Below are positions 28,286 through 38,462 of a stretch of DNA of 55,366 nt, in pieces. Position 1 is the first letter of the stretch; each line of letters starts with the position of its first letter. Under the pieces are notes generated by a model. The model was not told the DNA's origin, made no database searches, and was given only the letters and a program-made list of their open reading frames with translations. The translations under genes were made by a program, and so were the position numbers. The DNA comes from Candidatus Bathyarchaeota archaeon (lineage in GTDB: Archaea; Thermoproteota; Bathyarchaeia; TCS64). The stretch covers positions 1,051,947 to 1,107,312 of the forward strand of contig CP070784.1 of NCBI GenBank assembly GCA_020346605.1, written 5' to 3'.

Positions 28286-29167
28286 ATGAGCAAACTACGA
28301 AGCTGGGTCGAAGGCCTGGTCAAGGCTTTCGTAGACTCCCCCGAGAACACCATGCAGAACCAGGAGAACGAGAGGGCCTGGGGAGAGCCACTGGTGGGCT
28401 TCTCCAGCGGCGCCGATCCCTTGTACCTGTTTTACAAGGAGGACATCGGCTCCTTCTTCATGACGCCCCTCGAGTGGTTCACAGAGACGTTCCCCGGTGT
28501 CGAGGTCGAGGCCAAGGAGCTGACGGTGATAAGCTGGATCCTCCCCCAGACCGAGGTCACCAAGACTGAGCACCGCAAACAGATCAGGTGGCCCACCGAC
28601 CGGTGGGCGAGGGCCCGCATCTACGGGGAGGAGGTAAACGCCAAGCTCCGAAAACACGTCATGGAGTCCCTCAAGGACGCCGGCTACGAGGCGGTCTCAC
28701 CACAGCTCTCCCCCCTATGGAAGGGGAGCATCTCAGAGAAGTACGGCCGCGCATCCTCCTGGTCCGAGAGGCACGCCGCCTACACAGCAGGCCTTGGCAC
28801 CTTCGGACTCTGCGACGGCCTCATTACCCCCGTCGGGAAGGCGATGCGCACCGGCTCCGTTGTGGCCCGCATCGAATTACCGCCGACGCCCAGGCCCTAC
28901 GAGGACCACCACGCCTACTGCCTGCTCTACATGAGGGGGACCTGCGGGATTTGTATCGACAGATGCCCAGCAGGCGCCATCTCGGAGGAGGGCCACGACA
29001 AGGAGAAGTGCAGCTCCTACCTCGACCTCACTAGGGAGTACGTGCGCGAGAACTTCGGCTTCAAGGGCTATGGCTGCGGGCTCTGCCAGACAGGCGTCCC
29101 CTGCGAGTCGCTGATACCCCCCGAACTGGCAATGGACTTAAACCTGCCAGCATCGTCAACTTCCTAG
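28286..29167 (+). CDS. QueG/reductive-dehalogenase-like 4Fe-4S protein
   Basis: WSERHAAYTAGLGTFG, CGICIDRCP and CGLCQTGVPC motifs. Confidence 0.85.
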   Translation: MSKLRSWVEGLVKAFVDSPENTMQNQENERAWGEPLVGFSSGADPLYLFYKEDIGSFFMTPLEWFTETFPGVEVEAKELTVISWILPQTEVTKTEHRKQIRWPTDRWARARIYGEEVNAKLRKHVMESLKDAGYEAVSPQLSPLWKGSISEKYGRASSWSERHAAYTAGLGTFGLCDGLITPVGKAMRTGSVVARIELPPTPRPYEDHHAYCLLYMRGTCGICIDRCPAGAISEEGHDKEKCSSYLDLTREYVRENFGFKGYGCGLCQTGVPCESLIPPELAMDLNLPASSTS

Positions 29168-29176
29168 GGGACTCTG

Positions 29177-29983
29177 ATGAAGGTCTACATAGTGTGCGAC
29201 CTCGAGGGCGTCGCCGGGGTGGTCGACTTCAAGAAGCAGTGCATGGAGGACGGGCCCTACTACGGGCAGGCGACAAGGATGGCCACGCATGAGCTCAACG
29301 CCCTCGTCGACGGGGCCATGGAGGGAGGGGCTGATGAGGTGTACGCCTGGCCCGGGCACGGGGAGTTCCCGGGTGGGATCGATTTCGAGCTGCTCCATCC
29401 CGACTGCAGGTTGGTGATGCACGCCGGAGATGGAGGGCCCGCCGGGTTCGACGAGTCTTTCGACGCCATGTTCCTGTGCGGGCTCCACGGTATGGCAGGC
29501 GCCGAGGGCGGAGTGCTTTCCCACTCCTTCACGCCCCTCCTAAAGAACGTCTGGCTTAACGACCTCAAGATCGGTGAGATAGGGATGAACATGGTCTCCT
29601 TCGGCGTCCTCGGCGTACCCTCAGTGTTCATCAGCGGTGACCAGGCTGCAATTGACGAAGCAAAGGCCCTAGTGCCGGGCATCCAGGGAGCCGCCGTCAA
29701 ATGGGGTCTAGAGGAGAAGCACAAACTGGGCGCACTCTCGATACGGAAGGCGGTGTCCCTGTCCCCCTCTAGGGCTCAGGAGGTTATACGGGTGGGGGCC
29801 AAGGCTGCGATGTCCAAGATAGATACCATTGAGCCCTTCAACCTTGACCCGCCTTACAGGATGAAGGTCCAGTACACCGATTCGAAGTACGCTGACAGTG
29901 CCATGCAGCAAGAGGGCATGGTGAGAGTCGACGAGACGATTGTGGAACAGGTCCGAGATAGGCTGTCAGAGCTGACATTCTAA
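29177..29983 (+). CDS. M55 family D-aminopeptidase (DppA-type)
   Basis: MKVYIVCDLEGVAGV, GLHG, LSHS, GEIG, SGD and VKWG motifs. Confidence 0.9.
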   Translation: MKVYIVCDLEGVAGVVDFKKQCMEDGPYYGQATRMATHELNALVDGAMEGGADEVYAWPGHGEFPGGIDFELLHPDCRLVMHAGDGGPAGFDESFDAMFLCGLHGMAGAEGGVLSHSFTPLLKNVWLNDLKIGEIGMNMVSFGVLGVPSVFISGDQAAIDEAKALVPGIQGAAVKWGLEEKHKLGALSIRKAVSLSPSRAQEVIRVGAKAAMSKIDTIEPFNLDPPYRMKVQYTDSKYADSAMQQEGMVRVDETIVEQVRDRLSELTF

Positions 29984-30384
29984 CAACTCGGAGCCCCGTT
30001 ACCCCTCCTTGGTCAAAGCGCATCCCGCAGAGCCGCATCTCCTTTTATTCGTTGACCAACCAGTTGATGGCCAGCGCGCGCTGATGACCAACGCGAGTTT
30101 ATCAAACAATCGGCCCCTTTTTTTGGGGCTACTTCTCCCACAGGATACCCCGCAGGCCCCTCATCGTCGGGGCATCACTGGTCTCGATAATCCCCGCCCT
30201 CTTCATAAGAGAGAATTAACCCCGCTATCGTTGATGCAGGAGTTCAGTGGCTGGAGGACGATACCGGCGTATCTCTTGGTGCATAAATATGTACATGGTA
30301 ACCACAACTTAGCACGTTTTTGAAACGAAAATGTTAATATACCTCGCGGGCGAAGATTCGTTTTAAAATTGAAGTGTGTTAGAG

Positions 30385-31836
30385 ATGGGCTTTCGTGACA
30401 AGTTCAAGAACGCAGATCACGCCCTCACCTTCAACGATGTTCTCCTTCTGCCCGGCTGGACCACCATCGAGCCGTCCGAGGCCGACGTCCGCAGCAGGGT
30501 GACCAGGAGCGTCGAGCTCGACGTCCCCTTCGTTTCCTCCCCCATGGACACGGTCACCGAGAGCGAGATGGCGATCGCCCTAGCCCGGCACGGTGGCCTA
30601 GGCGTCCTCCACAGGAACTGCACCGTCAAGGAGGAGGTGGAGATGGCGAGGATGGTTAAGAGGGCCGAAGCCCTCATCATCAGGGACGTCGTCACAGTCA
30701 GGCCCGACGCCACCATCGACGACCTGCTGGGGCTCATGGAGACTAAGAACATCCACGGCTTCCCCGTCGTCGACGGCGACGGCGGCATAGTGGGCATCGT
30801 CACCTGGAGGGACTTCCGCCTTGCGGACCGCACTCTCAAGGTCGAGGACGTCATGACCAAGGATGTGATCACCTCCGGGGAGAACACCACCCTGGAGGAG
30901 GCCAAGGCGATCCTCCACGAGCACCGCATCGAGAAGCTCCCCATCGTCGACGACGCCAACAAGGTGCGAGGCCTCATCACCATGAAAGACATCACCCTGA
31001 AGGGCACGTACCCCCACGCCATAAGAGATGAGCTGGGACGGTTGATCTGCGCGGCAGCGATCAGCCCTTTCGACATAGAGCGGGCCGTCGCCCTGGACGA
31101 GTACGTTGACATACTGGTCACCGACGTCGCCCACTTCCACAACAAGAACTGCTTCGACGCTGTCAAGAAGGTGCTGGACAAAGTCGACGCCGAGGTCATC
31201 GTCGGCAACATTGGAACTTACGAGGCCGCCGAGGACTGCCTCACCAAGCTGGAGGGAGTAGCGGGTCTCAGGGTCGGCATCGGCAGCGGCTCTATATGCA
31301 GTACTAGCGTCGTCACCAGGGCGGGCTCCCCCACTCTCTACGCCACCACCCAGGTAGCGGACGCGGTGAATGACTACGGCTCCGACGCCACCATCATTTC
31401 CGACGGAGGCATCAGGAACCCAGGCGACATCGCCGTCGCCCTCGCCGTCGGCGCCGACTGCGCCATGATGGGGAACGTCTTCGCTGGCACCAGCGAGAGC
31501 CCGGGGAGGCTCGTCGCGCTGGAGGGCAGGTACTACAAGGAGTACTATGGAATGGGGAGCGCAGCCGCCCGGCAGAAGCGTTTTGCCCAGGACAGGTACA
31601 GCCAGCCGTCAAAGACCATCAGCGAGGGGGTCGAGGGCTGGGTCCCTTACAGGGGCGGGGTCACGGACATCGTCTCGGAGTTCGTCGGCGGTCTCAAGGC
31701 CGCGATGGGTTACGTCGGCGCCAAGACCATACCCGAGATGGCGGAGAAGGCGAAGCTAGCGCTGGTCACCGAGAGGGGGGTACAGGAGATCAACCCCCAC
31801 GACATCCTGCTCCCCGGACCCAACAGGAAGACATAA
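30385..31836 (+). CDS. guaB: IMP dehydrogenase with CBS pair
   Basis: [33 protein letters not shown] and YYGMGS motifs. Confidence 0.97.
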   Translation: MGFRDKFKNADHALTFNDVLLLPGWTTIEPSEADVRSRVTRSVELDVPFVSSPMDTVTESEMAIALARHGGLGVLHRNCTVKEEVEMARMVKRAEALIIRDVVTVRPDATIDDLLGLMETKNIHGFPVVDGDGGIVGIVTWRDFRLADRTLKVEDVMTKDVITSGENTTLEEAKAILHEHRIEKLPIVDDANKVRGLITMKDITLKGTYPHAIRDELGRLICAAAISPFDIERAVALDEYVDILVTDVAHFHNKNCFDAVKKVLDKVDAEVIVGNIGTYEAAEDCLTKLEGVAGLRVGIGSGSICSTSVVTRAGSPTLYATTQVADAVNDYGSDATIISDGGIRNPGDIAVALAVGADCAMMGNVFAGTSESPGRLVALEGRYYKEYYGMGSAAARQKRFAQDRYSQPSKTISEGVEGWVPYRGGVTDIVSEFVGGLKAAMGYVGAKTIPEMAEKAKLALVTERGVQEINPHDILLPGPNRKT

Positions 31837-31961
31837 GCTACTATTTTTAAAATCAGACCTTTTCATTGTCTGGTTGGATGCAACTTTTAACCTTCCGCTA
31901 AATCCCAACCAGATAATTTCTTAGATGCAGTCCGGCACTCTAACTGAGAGGTAGTTGGGGG

Positions 31962-32561
31962 ATGATCGAGAGGGTGCTGATCAGCGTCTACGATAAGAGC
32001 GGGCTGGAGCAACTTGTGGAGGCGCTTGACGGGTACGGCGTCGAGATCGTGAGTTCCGGCGGCACCGCGAGGAGGATCAGGGAGCTGGGGTATGCCGGGC
32101 TCGTGGAGGTGTCGGAGTACACGGGGCACCCCGAGAGCCCGGCTGGGCTCGTGAAGACCCTCCACCCCAGGGTCCACGGAGGCCTCCTCATGGACCGGGG
32201 GGACCCTGACCACAGGAGGTGGATGGATGAGAACGGGGTCAAGCCCATCGACGTGGTCGTCAGCAACCTGTACCCCTTCGAGAAGGTCACCGAGGAGGGA
32301 GCCGACCTCGAGACCGCGGCCGAGAACATCGACATCGGAGGACCGTCAATGGTACGATCCGCGGCGAAGGCGGCCCTGCTCTACGACAGCGTCCTCATCG
32401 TTACCGAGCCAGCCCAGTACGCTGAGGTCATCGGGACTCTGAGTGAGAACGACGGCGAGCCGACCACTGAGCTCCGGAGGAGGTACGCACTGAAGGCCTT
32501 TAAGCGCACCGCGGGATATGATTCAGCTATAGTGTCCTACCTAGAAGGATCGGAGGAGTAG
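31962..32561 (+). CDS. purH: IMP cyclohydrolase (PurH N-terminal MGS domain, stand-alone)
   Basis: LISVYDKSG, SGGT, VKTLHP, NLYPF and IDIGGPSMVRSAAK motifs. Confidence 0.92.
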   Translation: MIERVLISVYDKSGLEQLVEALDGYGVEIVSSGGTARRIRELGYAGLVEVSEYTGHPESPAGLVKTLHPRVHGGLLMDRGDPDHRRWMDENGVKPIDVVVSNLYPFEKVTEEGADLETAAENIDIGGPSMVRSAAKAALLYDSVLIVTEPAQYAEVIGTLSENDGEPTTELRRRYALKAFKRTAGYDSAIVSYLEGSEE

Positions 32562-32564
32562 AGA

Positions 32565-33638
32565 GTGTCAAAGTCGCTACGTAGGATGTACCGTATCAAG
32601 CTCGAAGAGGAGCTGCCGGACCAGATCAAGATCGTCATAGGCGGGGACGAGGTCGTCTATGAGAAGAGCATGAGTCTCAGGTACGGGGAGAACCCCCACC
32701 AGCCCGCCGCGTTCTACAGCCCGGTGGGGGGAGAACTCACCGTAGGTGCCCTCGACGTCCTTAAGACGGGGAAGGGCGGCCTCAGCCAGACCAACGTGGA
32801 GGACATCAACAACAGCCTCAGCATCGTCCGCTACTTCGAAGAGCACGCCTGCGCCGTAATGAAGCACGTCAACCCCTCGGGCGTCGCCGCGTCCAGGAGG
32901 CCGGAGGACAAGCTGAAGGACGTCTACGCCAGGGCCCGGGACTGCGACAGCCTCGCCGCCTTCGGCAGCGTCGTCGGCTTCAACGCTACCGTGGACGAGG
33001 AGACGGCGGAGGAGATCCTGTCGTCCTACGTCGAGGTGGTCGTCGCCCCCAACTACGATGAGGGAGCTCTAGCCGTCTTCGACCGAAAGAAGGACCTGAG
33101 GGTCATCCGGGCTGGGAACCTGGACAAGATCAACCGCTTCGTAGGCGAGGACCCAGGGGCCCTGACCCTCTCAACACTGATGGACGGCTCCATCGTCCTC
33201 TCCGTGCCCCTCCTGACCAAGATCAGGAAGCCCAACGACATCGACTGGGTCACCGAGAGGCAGGCGACGGTCAACGAGGTCGCCGACCTCATATTCTCGT
33301 GGTACGTCTGCATGAACATCAGGTCCAATAAGGCGGTCCTCTCCAAGGACCGTGCCACCATCGGTATAGGAACGGGACAGCAGGACCGGGTGATGGCCGT
33401 CAAACTGGCTCTCGATAAGGCCGTCGAGCGGGGCAACAAGGACAAACTCCCTGGCTCAGTCCTAGCAACCGGGGGCTTCTTCCCCTTCAGGGACTCCATC
33501 GACCTCCTAGCGGAGCACGGCGTCACCGCCTGCATCCAGCCCGGCGGCTCAATGAGGGACAAGCAGGTCATCAAGGCATGCAACGAGCACGGCATCGCGA
33601 TGGGCTTCACCGGGGAGAGGTGCTTCAGGCACTTCTAG
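32565..33638 (+). CDS. purH: AICAR transformylase (PurH C-terminal domain, stand-alone)
   Basis: LRYGENPHQ, KHVNPSG, GQQDR, FFPF, QPGGS and RCFRH motifs. Confidence 0.92.
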   Translation: MSKSLRRMYRIKLEEELPDQIKIVIGGDEVVYEKSMSLRYGENPHQPAAFYSPVGGELTVGALDVLKTGKGGLSQTNVEDINNSLSIVRYFEEHACAVMKHVNPSGVAASRRPEDKLKDVYARARDCDSLAAFGSVVGFNATVDEETAEEILSSYVEVVVAPNYDEGALAVFDRKKDLRVIRAGNLDKINRFVGEDPGALTLSTLMDGSIVLSVPLLTKIRKPNDIDWVTERQATVNEVADLIFSWYVCMNIRSNKAVLSKDRATIGIGTGQQDRVMAVKLALDKAVERGNKDKLPGSVLATGGFFPFRDSIDLLAEHGVTACIQPGGSMRDKQVIKACNEHGIAMGFTGERCFRHF

Positions 33639-33954
33639 AACCCCTTTTTTTCAGGGGCTGCAGGTTTCGACGAGAACCTTCCCTCCATTCATGCGCGCGT
33701 ACGCAGCCCGTGGGGTCCATGACCTTTATGTCTGTGGCTCGAATCTACTCCCCGCAATAAACGTTCTCGTGGGGCGCATCACCGCTTAAGACTTATTGCT
33801 GATATTTGCGCGCGCAGTTTCAGGAGATCCCAACTCTTTGATGAGAAATGGACCATTGTCCATTTTCTTTTTGGTAGATGAGGTAGATCAAGCTGAGCAA
33901 ACTATAGCGATAACCGCCATTCGGCGACAGTACTTCGCCGTATGGATTTACGGA

Positions 33955-34292
33955 TCATAGTTGAAGTTTAATGTGCGCTATGCCAGGTCTCCTAAATTCC
34001 AACTTGTTGAACGCCAAGAACATTAACTGCCTGGAACTCCTTTCTCTCACGTTCTCGGACTCCACGAGGATCTTAATTGGCTCTACGAACTTGGTCTCAT
34101 AGACTCCGATTCTGGGTATCAACTCTATCCCGAGGTTCTCGGTTGAGACCACGATCGGTTCGCCTTGAAACTCTAGGAGGTTATCCAAGTCAGGCAGAGC
34201 GTTCTCAGAATAAACGTGCTCGATTGTTTTAAGAATCAGTCTTGCCTTGTCACGATCCGTCTCATTGAGCGTTGGGAATATGCCGAACCCGG
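33955..34292 (-). pseudogene. 5'-truncated AT-richer ORF fragment
   Basis: Frame open from the GC tract at 34293 (PGFGIFPTLNETDRDK...) to the stop at 33955, with no upstream start codon. Confidence 0.6.
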
Positions 34293-34430
34293 GCGCGCGC
34301 AGGCGCGCTAGGTTTAGGGTCCTTTAATCCTGAAAAACTCGGCGAACGCGCAAGGCACGTACGAAGGGAACAACATCGTTGCTTCGTGAAAAAGTTTTAT
34401 TGTTCGCCGATGAAGGTTCAAAGGACCGAT

Positions 34431-34784
34431 ATGGACGAGAAGCTGATATCCGTCTGCGGTATCGACTGCGGCGAGTGCCCCGCCTACATAGCCACAAAGG
34501 AGGACGACGTCGCTAAGCTGGCAGAGGTCGCCAAGCAGTGGGCGTCCGACGACATGCCACTAGATGCGGAGGACGTCGTCTGCGACAGCTGCCACGGCCC
34601 CAGACTCTTCAAGTGGTGCACCCAGTGCCCCACCAGGGCGTGCGCCGTGGAGAAGAGTAACCACACCTGCGCCGACTGCGGAGATTACCTCTGCGACAAG
34701 TTGAACGAATCCTGGAAAATGATGGGGGAATCCGCGGAGACCTTCAAGGCCAACCTGGACGAGATCAGGAGCCAACGCGCCTAG
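34431..34784 (+). CDS. DUF3795-type cysteine-rich protein
   Basis: CGIDCGECPAY, CDSC, CTQCPTRAC and CADCGDYLC motifs. Confidence 0.85.
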   Translation: MDEKLISVCGIDCGECPAYIATKEDDVAKLAEVAKQWASDDMPLDAEDVVCDSCHGPRLFKWCTQCPTRACAVEKSNHTCADCGDYLCDKLNESWKMMGESAETFKANLDEIRSQRA

Positions 34785-36127
34785 GCAGGATCCCTGGACA
34801 GAGGGCTCGTGCTGCAGTGGGGGCCCCCCAGCATGTCCAGATAGCTGTCCTTCCACTCCTTTACTCTTATCCCGTTTTCCCTTAGCTCGTCGTTCGTGGC
34901 ATGGTTCCTCTCATAGGCGATCACGACGCCAGGCTTGACTGTGACGACGTTGGTGGCCCCCCTCGCCTGCTCCATCAAAGCCAGCATGAGATGCTCCACG
35001 TCGTTCTCTTTCTCGGGGCGTCCACCGACGTAGATCAAACCGTCGGGCTCCAGCTTCTCCTCCTCGATCAGGAAGTTTACGAGGCTTGACCAGCGACCTA
35101 CAAGCTTAGGTCCATCATCGCCGCGCCCGTAGACCGAGCACGCCCCAGCCTCTTTGAAGGCGTCTGGATGGACCAGAGGACCCAGTGGCCTCCCATCCCT
35201 CTCCCCCTGTGCCCTCAGCGCCTCCAGCGCCTTCAGCAGTAGCCTCTTCGGTACGTCCTCCATCTCCCCGCAGTCGAAGACGTAGGGCATCACCAGCGCC
35301 CTCCCCCTGTCGGGATAGTTGATCACGACGTCCAGGTGCATGTAATCCAGCGCCGGAAGGTCGGGGAGGCGGACCGCACAGATGTACCTGAGCCCGCCAT
35401 CAGCGTCTCGCTCGAAAAGCTTCTTCGCCGCTTCCATGAAGCCCGTGTGGGTAGACCTCTGCCCGATCCCCACGGCGGTCGTCTCCTCGTCCACGATCTG
35501 AGTGTCTCCCCCCTCGATGCAGGGGGGCTCCGAGAGCCCATCACTCGCCTCGTTGGCGTCATAGACGATTTCGGTCTTCTCGCTTAGGACGGGATCGTAC
35601 TCATAGGCTATCTTCACGACGCGTGGCTCGAACCGTCTGCTGTACCTCCTCATATTGCAGATCACGGTGCCTACTTGTGTCGTGAACGATGTGTCCCTCG
35701 GGTACGGCCAGCCCACCCTCTGGAAGTCGGGGAGCACCACCCGGTCCAACGCCTCGTCGAAGAAGGGCGTGGAAGGGAAGCCGCGGAACAGATGCCCAAC
35801 GGTGAGCTCCTCCGGTGCAGGCGCCGCCGGCATCCCCTCCCAGACCTCGCCCACTATGCTCCTCCGCTCCCCGACGGTCGCCCCGTCGAGCACCTTCTCC
35901 AGGACTTCCGCCAGCTCGAAGACCCTGACCCCCTCCTCCTCCAGCATCCTGGGGAGCCGCCCCCACTGCTCCCTCCCGCCGTCGATGTCCGAGTGGGGGC
36001 ACCTGGCAAGCAGATGCGTGTTCGACTCGATGCCAGCGAAAGGGAACTTTTTCTCCCAGAACTCCTCGATGGACTCCTGCACGAGGACGGCGCGAAGGGT
36101 CCCCGACTCCGAGCTGACGGTCCACAT
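34781..36127 (-). CDS. Arginine deiminase/amidinotransferase family protein
   Basis: SESGTLRAV, PRD, IEGGD, MHLD and GGPHCST catalytic motifs. Confidence 0.88.
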   Translation of the reverse strand: MWTVSSESGTLRAVLVQESIEEFWEKKFPFAGIESNTHLLARCPHSDIDGGREQWGRLPRMLEEEGVRVFELAEVLEKVLDGATVGERRSIVGEVWEGMPAAPAPEELTVGHLFRGFPSTPFFDEALDRVVLPDFQRVGWPYPRDTSFTTQVGTVICNMRRYSRRFEPRVVKIAYEYDPVLSEKTEIVYDANEASDGLSEPPCIEGGDTQIVDEETTAVGIGQRSTHTGFMEAAKKLFERDADGGLRYICAVRLPDLPALDYMHLDVVINYPDRGRALVMPYVFDCGEMEDVPKRLLLKALEALRAQGERDGRPLGPLVHPDAFKEAGACSVYGRGDDGPKLVGRWSSLVNFLIEEEKLEPDGLIYVGGRPEKENDVEHLMLALMEQARGATNVVTVKPGVVIAYERNHATNDELRENGIRVKEWKDSYLDMLGGPHCSTSPLSRDPA

Positions 36128-36374
36128 GCGTCAAAATCGGGGTGGAGCCCTAATAGAGTTTGCTGCACTTAAAAAGGGGTTTTTACTGAACGGGGCGAAC
36201 ATGGCGTGCCACAGCACATACAAATAACACGTCACCCTAAACTTCGGTCCGCGTTCACGCTTCTTTATTAGCTGAACGTTGAAAGATCAGTGTTCCATAT
36301 CATTGAAAGGGGGAATCTAACTATGTTTTAGCACGTAAAGAGATAAAACGACGCGAGAGAGAGTAAGAGGAAGG

Positions 36375-38462
36375 ATGAGAGAATACGCCAAACTACTCGC
36401 CTTCATAGCTGTGCTCCTCCTCTCAGTGAGCATGATGTCGGTCGCCATCAACTACCTCGGCGACATTACCGACATCGACCTCGACCTGGAGCAAAGGGGG
36501 ACCTCGAAATCGGTGGTCGGTCAGAAGGTGCCCAGCAAGAAGGAGAGGACAGGCGCCATGCTCGTGGAGGCCGCACCGTTGGGGTCAGCTGTGCCTCTGT
36601 TTGAGATATTCTACCCTCCGAGGGTCAACCACCTCCGCTGGAAGGTGGGGGAGTTCTACGGAAACGGAGAGTGGACGACCTCCCAGAAGCACGAGTCGGA
36701 AACCTACGCCGGCGGGTCGCTTGATCCCGGGGTCACTGTCGCCGCCCCATCGAGGCCGGTAAACTTCGGTGTACGCCCCCTCTTCAACCTCACTGAGTTT
36801 ATCCCAGCCACGCTGAGGATCACCCACCTCCAGTTCCGTGGCACACTCCAGCGCTACCCCTCCCTGGAGCTCTTTTATACCGAGGAGAAGACCCGATCTA
36901 TTTATAACGTGACCTACGCCCAGTACGACTTCCCCCGAGAGACCCTCCTGCGGGCGGAGACCCAGTTCTCGATCGACTACTTGGATATCCCGGAGGAACT
37001 TGTGTCGGACATGAGGAACCTCGCCTCATCCATTGTGGGGGAGGGCCTCACGACGTCCTACGAGAAGATGGAGGCAATCCAGGACTACCTGAGGGAGAAC
37101 TACAAGTACGACAAGCAGTTCACCCCTGCCCCAAATGGCACGGATCCGGTGGAGTGGTTCCTGTTCACAGAGAGAAGGGGGGCCTGTGGCCAGTTCAACT
37201 CGGCCCTCGTGCTCCTCGCCCGTTCTGTGGGGGTCCCTGCCAGGACTGTCTCGGGCTTCCTTCTCGCTCCTGATAACGAATACCAGCTAGTCCTCCCCAA
37301 GATGGCCCACATGTGGGTGGAGGTCCCCTTCGAGGGCATTGGTTGGATCACGTTCGACGCCACCCCCCCGGAAGTCCAGGACGTCACGGCGGAGGACCAG
37401 AGGATCCCTACCATCACCACCATAATGAACAGCGACGACATCGCATTGAAGGGGGGCACCTTCAGCGTCATGGGCATGGTTACCACGCTCGAGGGGGAGG
37501 TAGTCTCCAATCTCACCGTCGAGATCTACCTTAATGAAGAGAAGAACGTGACGGGCATCCGCTGCGGTGTCGACACAGTCGACGCCGGCGTCTACGACAT
37601 AACCTGCGACGCCGACCCGAGCATCGAAGTAGGGGACTACCACCTCGTAGCCCACGCCGTGGAGAACGAGTTCTACCAGGAGTCTTGGAGCGACCCGCCA
37701 ATCACCATTATGTCCGAGACCGACGTCACCATAAATGCGCCCGTCGAGGCATACATCGGCGAGCCCGTGACCATCGAGGGGGTGCTTCTCGACAAGTCCG
37801 ACGGACAGCCCATACCCAACGCCACGGTGATCGTGACGATCAACAACAGGGCCATGAACCTCACCACCGATGAGCTTGGCTCAGTGACGTTGACCAGGAC
37901 ATTCGACGAGGAGGGCAACGAGACAGTCGAGATGGTCTTAGGGGACTCCAGGTACTACGTCGGCTCCAACACCACTTTCGGCATCTCCGTCACGCTTCGA
38001 CCACCACAAGAGCCCAACATCCTCCAGATGCTTATAATGTACCCATACAACATGATGCTCGCCGCCGGTATCCTCGTCGTCATGGGCGCCGTCGTCCTGT
38101 CCCGAAGGGGCAAGCCTCCGATCATTCCTAAAACCTCCTCTGAGACCCCAGTCGTGGAGCCGGAGGTCGAGGAGGAGCTTCCGAGCCACTTCGATGACTA
38201 CAAGGAGGGGGTGGTGAAGGTGTTCAACCACTTCTTCAGGAGGTGCGCCAGAAGGTTCGAAGAAGTGGACGAGAGCATGACGCCTAGAGAGTTCCAGAGG
38301 GCTATCGCCGGCAAGATACCCGCGTCGGGGACCTCCGCTCTCGACTACCTAGTGACCTCCTTCGAGATTGCAGACTACAGCACCTTCAAGCCCACGAAGG
38401 AGATGTTCGACAAGACGATGGAAGCCTACGAGCTATTGAACGGACTGATTGAATATGGCTAG
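36375..38462 (+). CDS. Membrane-anchored transglutaminase-like protein with Ig-like domains
   Basis: GACGQF, AHMWVEV and FDATP catalytic triad motifs; TM segments; C-terminal TPREF (DUF4129-like). Confidence 0.88.
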   Translation: MREYAKLLAFIAVLLLSVSMMSVAINYLGDITDIDLDLEQRGTSKSVVGQKVPSKKERTGAMLVEAAPLGSAVPLFEIFYPPRVNHLRWKVGEFYGNGEWTTSQKHESETYAGGSLDPGVTVAAPSRPVNFGVRPLFNLTEFIPATLRITHLQFRGTLQRYPSLELFYTEEKTRSIYNVTYAQYDFPRETLLRAETQFSIDYLDIPEELVSDMRNLASSIVGEGLTTSYEKMEAIQDYLRENYKYDKQFTPAPNGTDPVEWFLFTERRGACGQFNSALVLLARSVGVPARTVSGFLLAPDNEYQLVLPKMAHMWVEVPFEGIGWITFDATPPEVQDVTAEDQRIPTITTIMNSDDIALKGGTFSVMGMVTTLEGEVVSNLTVEIYLNEEKNVTGIRCGVDTVDAGVYDITCDADPSIEVGDYHLVAHAVENEFYQESWSDPPITIMSETDVTINAPVEAYIGEPVTIEGVLLDKSDGQPIPNATVIVTINNRAMNLTTDELGSVTLTRTFDEEGNETVEMVLGDSRYYVGSNTTFGISVTLRPPQEPNILQMLIMYPYNMMLAAGILVVMGAVVLSRRGKPPIIPKTSSETPVVEPEVEEELPSHFDDYKEGVVKVFNHFFRRCARRFEEVDESMTPREFQRAIAGKIPASGTSALDYLVTSFEIADYSTFKPTKEMFDKTMEAYELLNGLIEYG

